From an uncultured Actinomycetota bacterium (GTDB taxonomy: Bacteria; Actinomycetota; Actinomycetes; Propionibacteriales; Nocardioidaceae), in assembly GCA_963795095.1 (NCBI GenBank), contig CAWCGM010000050.1, forward strand, positions 1,078-65,077: a DNA stretch of 64,000 nt. Direction: 5' to 3'. A program made the position numbers and the translations under genes. The first letter of the stretch is position 1, and each line of letters starts with the position of its first letter. The notes below the pieces were generated by a model. It made no database searches and was not told where the DNA came from. It saw nothing but the letters and a program-made list of their open reading frames with translations. Shown here piece after piece: positions 59,247 to 64,000 of this stretch.

Positions 59247-59776
59247 GGTTTGCCCGGGATGGTGACGTCCGAGCCACCGCACCGGCGTCCCAGCTCCCAC
59301 AGTCCCCGTCACCGGGCCTGCGCGGCGAGCAAGTCGCCGGGTGGAGCTGTTCTTCCGATCCGATCCCCGGCCCCGCCGAAGCGGTTCCGGTAGGGAGAGT
59401 TCTATGTCTCCCGGGGACCCCGCCGCAAGGGTTTCGTCGACAAACTTCGGGTCCCACAGGGTTCCCCACAGAAGTCGTCCCGTGCTCCACAGGCAACGCG
59501 TCGTTCGTGCACAGGTTCTCCACCGTCACGACCACTCGCGGTCGGCGTGGTCCACCCGTCGAGCCGTGCCCGCATGTTCCCGCCGCGTGCGGGGAACCCC
59601 CTGAGAAGTCCCTGAGAGTTGGCGGATCGTGCAACTCCTCGGGTCACTGGCTCGTCATGGCAGGTGAAGGCACCGAAATCCGCCGGATGAAATCCGTAAG
59701 GGAATCTCGCAACGGACACGGGTGTTGGACCAGATGTGCGACACGGGGTGATCGCACGAGAAGCAGGAGGACGGAC

Positions 59777-60739
59777 ATGAGCACTGCACAGGCCAAGCGC
59801 ACCAGCACCACCCGTGAGATCGAGGGCCGCGACAGCGTCGGGCTCTACCTGGACGAGATCGCCCGCACCCCGCTGCTCGACGCCGAGACCGAGGTCGAGC
59901 TCTCCAAGACCATCGAGGCAGGCCTGCTGGCCCAGCACCTGCTCGACACCGGCCGCGTCGGCCGCCGCAAGGGCGGCGCCCCGATGACCGCCAACGAGGA
60001 GGAGCTCGAGTGGCTCGCCGAGCAGGGTCGGCTCGCCGTCGACCGGTTCATCGAGGCCAACCTCCGGCTCGTGGTGTCGATCGCCCGCAAGTACGGCCGC
60101 TCCCAGATGCCGATGCTCGACCTGATCCAGGAGGGCAACACCGGCCTGATCCGTGCGGTCGAGAAGTTCGACTACACCAAGGGCTACAAGTTCTCGACCT
60201 ACGCCACGTGGTGGGTCCGGCAGGCGATCACCCGCGGCATCGCGCAGCAGGCCCGCGTCGTACGCCTCCCCGTGCACGTCGTCGAGGAGCTCAACCAGGT
60301 CGGCAGCGCGCGTCGCACGCTCGAGCGCCAGCTCGGCCGCGACCCGGAGCCGCACGAGATCGCCACCGAGCTCGGCATGGACATCGACCGGGTCCTCGAC
60401 CTGATGAGCTGGGGCCGCGAGCACGTCTCGCTGGACACCCCGGTCGACGAGGACGGCGACACCTCGCTGGGTGACCTGATGGCCCAGGAGACCGCTCCCG
60501 GACCGGACCTCAACTTCCTCGACGCCGAGGCGAAGCAGCGGCTCGAGGACCTGGTCGGGATCCTCGACCCGCGGTCCGCCGACATCGTCCGGGCCCGCTA
60601 CGGCCTGGCCGACGGCCGCCAGCACAAGCTCGCCGACATCGGCGCCCGCCACGGCATCTCCGCCGAGCGGGTCCGCCAGCTCGAGCGGGAGGCCCTCCAG
60701 AAGCTGCGCCGCGCCGGCGACCCCGACCTCGCAGCCTGA
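59777..60739 (+). CDS. sigB: group-2 (SigB-like) RNA polymerase sigma factor
   Basis: AGGAGG lies 6 nt upstream of ATG 59777. [40 protein letters not shown]. The protein has 320 aa and lacks region 1.1. Confidence 0.9.
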   Translation: MSTAQAKRTSTTREIEGRDSVGLYLDEIARTPLLDAETEVELSKTIEAGLLAQHLLDTGRVGRRKGGAPMTANEEELEWLAEQGRLAVDRFIEANLRLVVSIARKYGRSQMPMLDLIQEGNTGLIRAVEKFDYTKGYKFSTYATWWVRQAITRGIAQQARVVRLPVHVVEELNQVGSARRTLERQLGRDPEPHEIATELGMDIDRVLDLMSWGREHVSLDTPVDEDGDTSLGDLMAQETAPGPDLNFLDAEAKQRLEDLVGILDPRSADIVRARYGLADGRQHKLADIGARHGISAERVRQLEREALQKLRRAGDPDLAA

Positions 60740-60851
60740 TGGCACGCACCTGGCTTCGTTGTCGGCGCTCGACGACCCGGCTCCGCTCAAAGGTCGCCTT
60801 CGCTGCTCCGCCTTGCCGGGCACGCACCCTCAGACTGCGACGCAGCCTGAC

Positions 60852-62183
60852 TCAGTACGCCGCGGACTCCAGGTCCGCGCTCGCGGCCTGTGCCTTCTCG
60901 ACCACGTCGGGGGGCACGGGCCGCTCTGCTGCCAGCCGGGCCTGCCACATCTGGACGGCCACCACGCGGGCGGCGGCCTCCTCCACGCGCTCGCGGGAGA
61001 CGTCGCCGGAGTTGATCGCGTCGACCACGATCTGGTGGGTGACCGCGGTGTCGACCGGCATCAGCAGCAGGTCGGCACCGGCCTCGAGCGCCTGCAGCGC
61101 CGGGGTGGGCCGTCCGCCGACCGCGCCCATGCCGAGGGAGTCGGTGATCGTCACGCCCTCGAAGCCGAGGTCGTCGCGGAGCAGGTCGTACACCTCGGGC
61201 GCCATGCTCGCGGGGACGTCCGGGGCGATCGAGGTCAGGTCGAGGTGGCTCATCATCACCGCGGGCGCCGCGTGCGCGATCGCCGACTCGAACGGCGGCA
61301 GGTCGTGCGCCTCGATCTCCGCCAGCGTCGAGTCGACGACCGGCAGCGTGTCGTGGCTGTCGCTGGTGGCGGTCCCGTGGCCCGGGAAGTGCTTGACGGT
61401 CGAGACGATGCCCGCGTCGTCGTAGCCCTTGATCGCCGCGCCGATCGCCTGCGAGGCGATCTTCGGGTCCTCGGACGGCGACCGGGCGCCGATGGTCGGG
61501 TCGGCCGCTCCGATGGTGACGTCGGCGACCGGGGCGAAGACCCAGGTGAAGCCGAGGCCGCGCAGCTCGAGCCCGGTCGTCAGGGCCGCCTCGCGGGTCA
61601 CCCGTCGGCCGACGCGCGGGTCGGCCTGGATCGCCAGGCCCGCGGTCTGGAAGTGCGGGAAGTCGGTGGCGATGCCGCGCAGGTGGGAGACGTAGCCGCC
61701 CTCCTGGTCGACGCCGATCACCGGCGGGTAGTCGCGGCCGTCGGCTGCGGCAGCGTCGGCCAGCGCGGAGGTCATGGCGAGCGACCTGGTCGCGGTCGGT
61801 GACGTTGTCGGCGGTGACCGAGACACCGGCGAGGTGCAGGTCGCGCACCATCGCGCCGGCTCGGCGGGGTCGTAGCCGTGGAAGCGCCCGACGATCACGC
61901 CGCCGGCGAGCTGCTCGGGTGTCCAGCCGCTGACGAGCTCCTGCGCCTCCTCGAGCTCGCCGATCGTCGGGCCCCACGAGGTCGGCGTGTCCGGGTCCTC
62001 GGGCGTCTCCGAGGCGGTCGGCGACTCCGCAGGAGCCGAGGACTCCGACGGGCTCGCCGACGGGCTCGCCGACGAGGTGGCGGGCGAGGCGTCGTCCGCG
62101 GGGGCCGACCCGAGGCCGGCGCAGCCGCTGACCAGGAGGGCGCCGGCTGCGATCACGGCCAGGCGGGGACGGATCGAGGACAC
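60852..62183 (-). CDS. glycoside hydrolase family 3 lipoprotein (NagZ-type beta-N-acetylhexosaminidase-like), with an internal 25-codon out-of-frame stretch
   Basis: GTG at 62183. Lipobox LLVSGCAG. GVDQEGG, KHFPGHG. The segment 61776-61853 reads as family-like sequence only in a different frame. Confidence 0.75.
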   Translation of the reverse strand: MSSIRPRLAVIAAGALLVSGCAGLGSAPADDASPATSSASPSASPSESSAPAESPTASETPEDPDTPTSWGPTIGELEEAQELVSGWTPEQLAGGVIVGRFHGYDPAEPARWCATCTSPVSRSPPTTSPTATRSLAMTSALADAAAADGRDYPPVIGVDQEGGYVSHLRGIATDFPHFQTAGLAIQADPRVGRRVTREAALTTGLELRGLGFTWVFAPVADVTIGAADPTIGARSPSEDPKIASQAIGAAIKGYDDAGIVSTVKHFPGHGTATSDSHDTLPVVDSTLAEIEAHDLPPFESAIAHAAPAVMMSHLDLTSIAPDVPASMAPEVYDLLRDDLGFEGVTITDSLGMGAVGGRPTPALQALEAGADLLLMPVDTAVTHQIVVDAINSGDVSRERVEEAAARVVAVQMWQARLAAERPVPPDVVEKAQAASADLESAAY

Positions 62184-62224
62184 GGCCGGGACGTTACCGG
62201 CCGCACCCCGGCGAGGAAGAAACG

Positions 62225-62821
62225 TCAGGCGCGCGCCGCGAGGACGGCGTAGATCTCCTCCACGCGGGCGCGCAGCTCGGCGAGGGTGCCGGTGTTGTCG
62301 ATGACGTGGGTGGCGATGGCCAGCCGGTCCTCGCGCGTCGCCTGGGCCGCGATCCGGGACTCGGCGTCCTCGCGGGTCCATCCGCGGTCCTCCACCATCC
62401 GGGCGACCTGCACGTCGGCCGGCGCGTCCACCACGACCACCTCGTCGAACGACCCGGCGCGTCCGACCTCGGCGAGCAGCGGGATGTCGTGCACGACCAC
62501 GGCGTGGTCGCCCGCCTCGGCCTCGAGCTCGGCGCTCCGCGCGTGCACCAGCGGGTGGATGATCGCCTCGAGCCGCTTGCGGGCGTCGGCGTCGCCGAAC
62601 ACCAGCGCGCCCATCGCGGGCCGGTCGAGGTCGCCCTCGGACGTGAGCAGCTCCGGCCCGAACTCCGCGACCACGGCGTCGAGCCCGGGGGTCCCCCGCG
62701 CCACCACCTCGCGGGCGATCAGGTCGGCGTCGATCACGACCGCCCCCAGCTCGGCGAGGATCGCCGACACGCTGCTCTTGCCGGAGGCGATGCCGCCGGT
62801 CAGGCCCACACGGACGGTCAC
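62225..62821 (-). CDS. coaE: dephospho-CoA kinase
   Basis: VGLTGGIASGKSSV P-loop; 198 aa. Confidence 0.9.
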   Translation of the reverse strand: MTVRVGLTGGIASGKSSVSAILAELGAVVIDADLIAREVVARGTPGLDAVVAEFGPELLTSEGDLDRPAMGALVFGDADARKRLEAIIHPLVHARSAELEAEAGDHAVVVHDIPLLAEVGRAGSFDEVVVVDAPADVQVARMVEDRGWTREDAESRIAAQATREDRLAIATHVIDNTGTLAELRARVEEIYAVLAARA

Positions 62822-63238
62822 TGGCGCTCCCCCACGACGACGGTCAGGATCTCGTGGAGCGTACGACGCTGCGCGTCCGTGAGCACGTCCAGCACCCGCT
62901 CCGACGCGAGACGTCGTACTCCCTCGATCCGCTCGACCAGCTCGCGACCGTCACGGGTGAGGCTCAGCACGGTCGCCCGCCGGTCGGTCGGGTCGGCCGC
63001 GCGCGAGACCCACCCGCGCGCCTCCAGCCCGTCGACGACGTCGGTCGCCGAGCGCGGCGCGATCCGCAGCTCGTCGGCGAGGGCCGACGGCCGCATCCCC
63101 TCGTCGCGGGACGACAGCACCCGCAGGGCCCGGGCCTGGGACGGCGTGACGTCCCACGTCGGCGAGCGACTCCGCGTGCTCGCGGCGCACGCGACGCGCC
63201 AGCGCCATCACCAGGTCGCCGGTCGAGTGCTCGGCCAC
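62818..63238 (-). pseudogene. MarR-family transcriptional regulator, apparent 1-nt insertion near 63151
   Basis: The N-terminus VAEHSTGDLVMALARRVRREHAESLADVG is in ORF 62951..63238. The continuation TPSQARALRVLSSRDEGMRPSALADELRIAPRSATDVVDGLEARGWV...DPTDRRA is in the frame of ORF 62818..63120. Confidence 0.7.
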
Positions 63239-63268
63239 GGGAATACCTCCGCTCGATGTCGCGTTGCT

Positions 63269-63283
63269 ACCTCATAGTGAGGT
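63269..63283. promoter_or_regulatory. candidate MarR operator palindrome in the divergent intergenic region
   Basis: ACCTCA-tag-TGAGGT, with a further TACCTCA direct copy 3 nt downstream. It lies between the MarR start (63238) and the ABC transporter start (63327). Confidence 0.3.
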
Positions 63284-63326
63284 TACCTCACATCCCATCC
63301 GTCTTCCACCGAGAGGAGCTGGTCGC

Positions 63327-64000
63327 ATGGCTGACCACTCTGACTCCCGCCCCGGAGATCGCGGCCCGCGCGGCTCCCGCGCCGGTCGCCCCGATCCTGC
63401 CGACCTCCGCCAGCTGGCGGACTCCCCCGTGTCGCTGCGCCGCATCGCGCGTCTCTTCGCGCCGCACCGCGCGACCCTGGCCGTCGTCGTCGCCCTCATC
63501 GTGCTGAGCTCGGCCGTCGGCCTGGCCCAGCCGTTCCTCGTGCGCCACGTCATCGACGAGGCGCTCCCGCGCCAGGACGTACGACTCCTGCTGCTCCTCG
63601 TCGGCGCGATGCTCGGCGTCGCCGTCGCGACCGCCGTCATCGGCGTCGTCCAGACCTGGCTCTCCACCGCCGTCGGCCAGCGCGTGATGCACCGGCTGCG
63701 CAGCGACCTCTTCGCCCACCTCCAGCGCCAGTCGCTCGGCTTCTTCACCCGCACCCGCGGCGGTGAGGTGCAGTCGCGCCTGGTCAACGACATCGGCAGC
63801 ATGCAGGGCGTCGTCACCCAGACCGCGACCTCGATCGCCGCCAACCTCACCGTCGTCGTCGGCACCGCCGTCGCGATGGTCGCCCTGAGCTGGCGCCTCG
63901 CGCTGCTCTCGCTCGTCGTGCTCCCGCCGGCCGTCCTCCTCACCCGGCAGGTCGCCCGGATGCGCCACCGGGTGACGGGCGAGCGCCAGCGCCGCCTCGC
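63327..64000 (+). CDS. ABC exporter, fused transmembrane/ATPase type (N-terminal TM domain only; 3' end outside the window)
   Basis: It is absent from the ORF track because it has no stop in the window. My translation from ATG 63327 (GAGAGGAG 9 nt upstream) gives ...LAVVVALIVLSSAVGLAQPFLVRHVIDEALP...GQRVMHRLRSDLFAHLQRQSLGFFTRTRGGEVQSRLVNDI, typical of the ABC_membrane domain. Confidence 0.75.
   Translation, partial: MADHSDSRPGDRGPRGSRAGRPDPADLRQLADSPVSLRRIARLFAPHRATLAVVVALIVLSSAVGLAQPFLVRHVIDEALPRQDVRLLLLLVGAMLGVAVATAVIGVVQTWLSTAVGQRVMHRLRSDLFAHLQRQSLGFFTRTRGGEVQSRLVNDIGSMQGVVTQTATSIAANLTVVVGTAVAMVALSWRLALLSLVVLPPAVLLTRQVARMRHRVTGERQRRL

Noticed and set aside
59590-59622. A SigE/SigH-type promoter (GGAAC ... 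GTT) upstream of the sigB-like gene.
   Set aside because: The spacer between GGAAC (59593-59597) and GTT (59618-59620) is 20 nt, longer than the 16-18 nt usual for such promoters. The match is likely coincidental without transcription-start data.

Overview
This is a high-GC actinobacterial chromosomal window. The gene order matches the conserved Actinobacteria block around trmA-like / APC permease / trkA-trkA / DUF3159 / OB-fold / DUF3710 / dut / DUF3093 / DUF4193 / suhB-like / hemH. That block is followed by sepH, tdk, a PatA-type acetyltransferase, parC-like and parE-like topoisomerase subunits, the principal sigma factor (hrdB/sigA type), dinB and a sigB-like group-2 sigma. A Nocardioides/Propionibacteriales-like origin is only an inference from gene content and order. 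I call about 57 protein-coding genes or gene remnants. I recognised no rRNA, tRNA or CRISPR array. I do not see a convincing multi-gene novel defence or biosynthetic system, and most of the window is conserved core genome. Five things stand out. (1) A small GIY-YIG nuclease gene sits in a nested set of inverted and direct repeats between the pat-like and parC-like genes (32.14-32.93 kb). (2) A visibly lower-GC island (about 5.08-9.88 kb) carries an excisionase/integrase module, an ECF42-type sigma factor with its YCII/DGPF partner, about 1 kb of unassignable sequence and four iteron-like direct repeats. (3) At least a dozen single-nucleotide frame disruptions hit otherwise conserved genes, there is one 40-bp tandem duplication in a permease gene, and there is at least one compensated frame excursion. 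Together these point to consensus indel errors or to real gene decay. (4) A REP-like hairpin repeat family (GAGTC-N7-GACTC) is present. (5) A stretch at 49.6-51.9 kb has reading frames I could not resolve. All family assignments come from reading motifs in the supplied translations and in my own translations. No database search was run.
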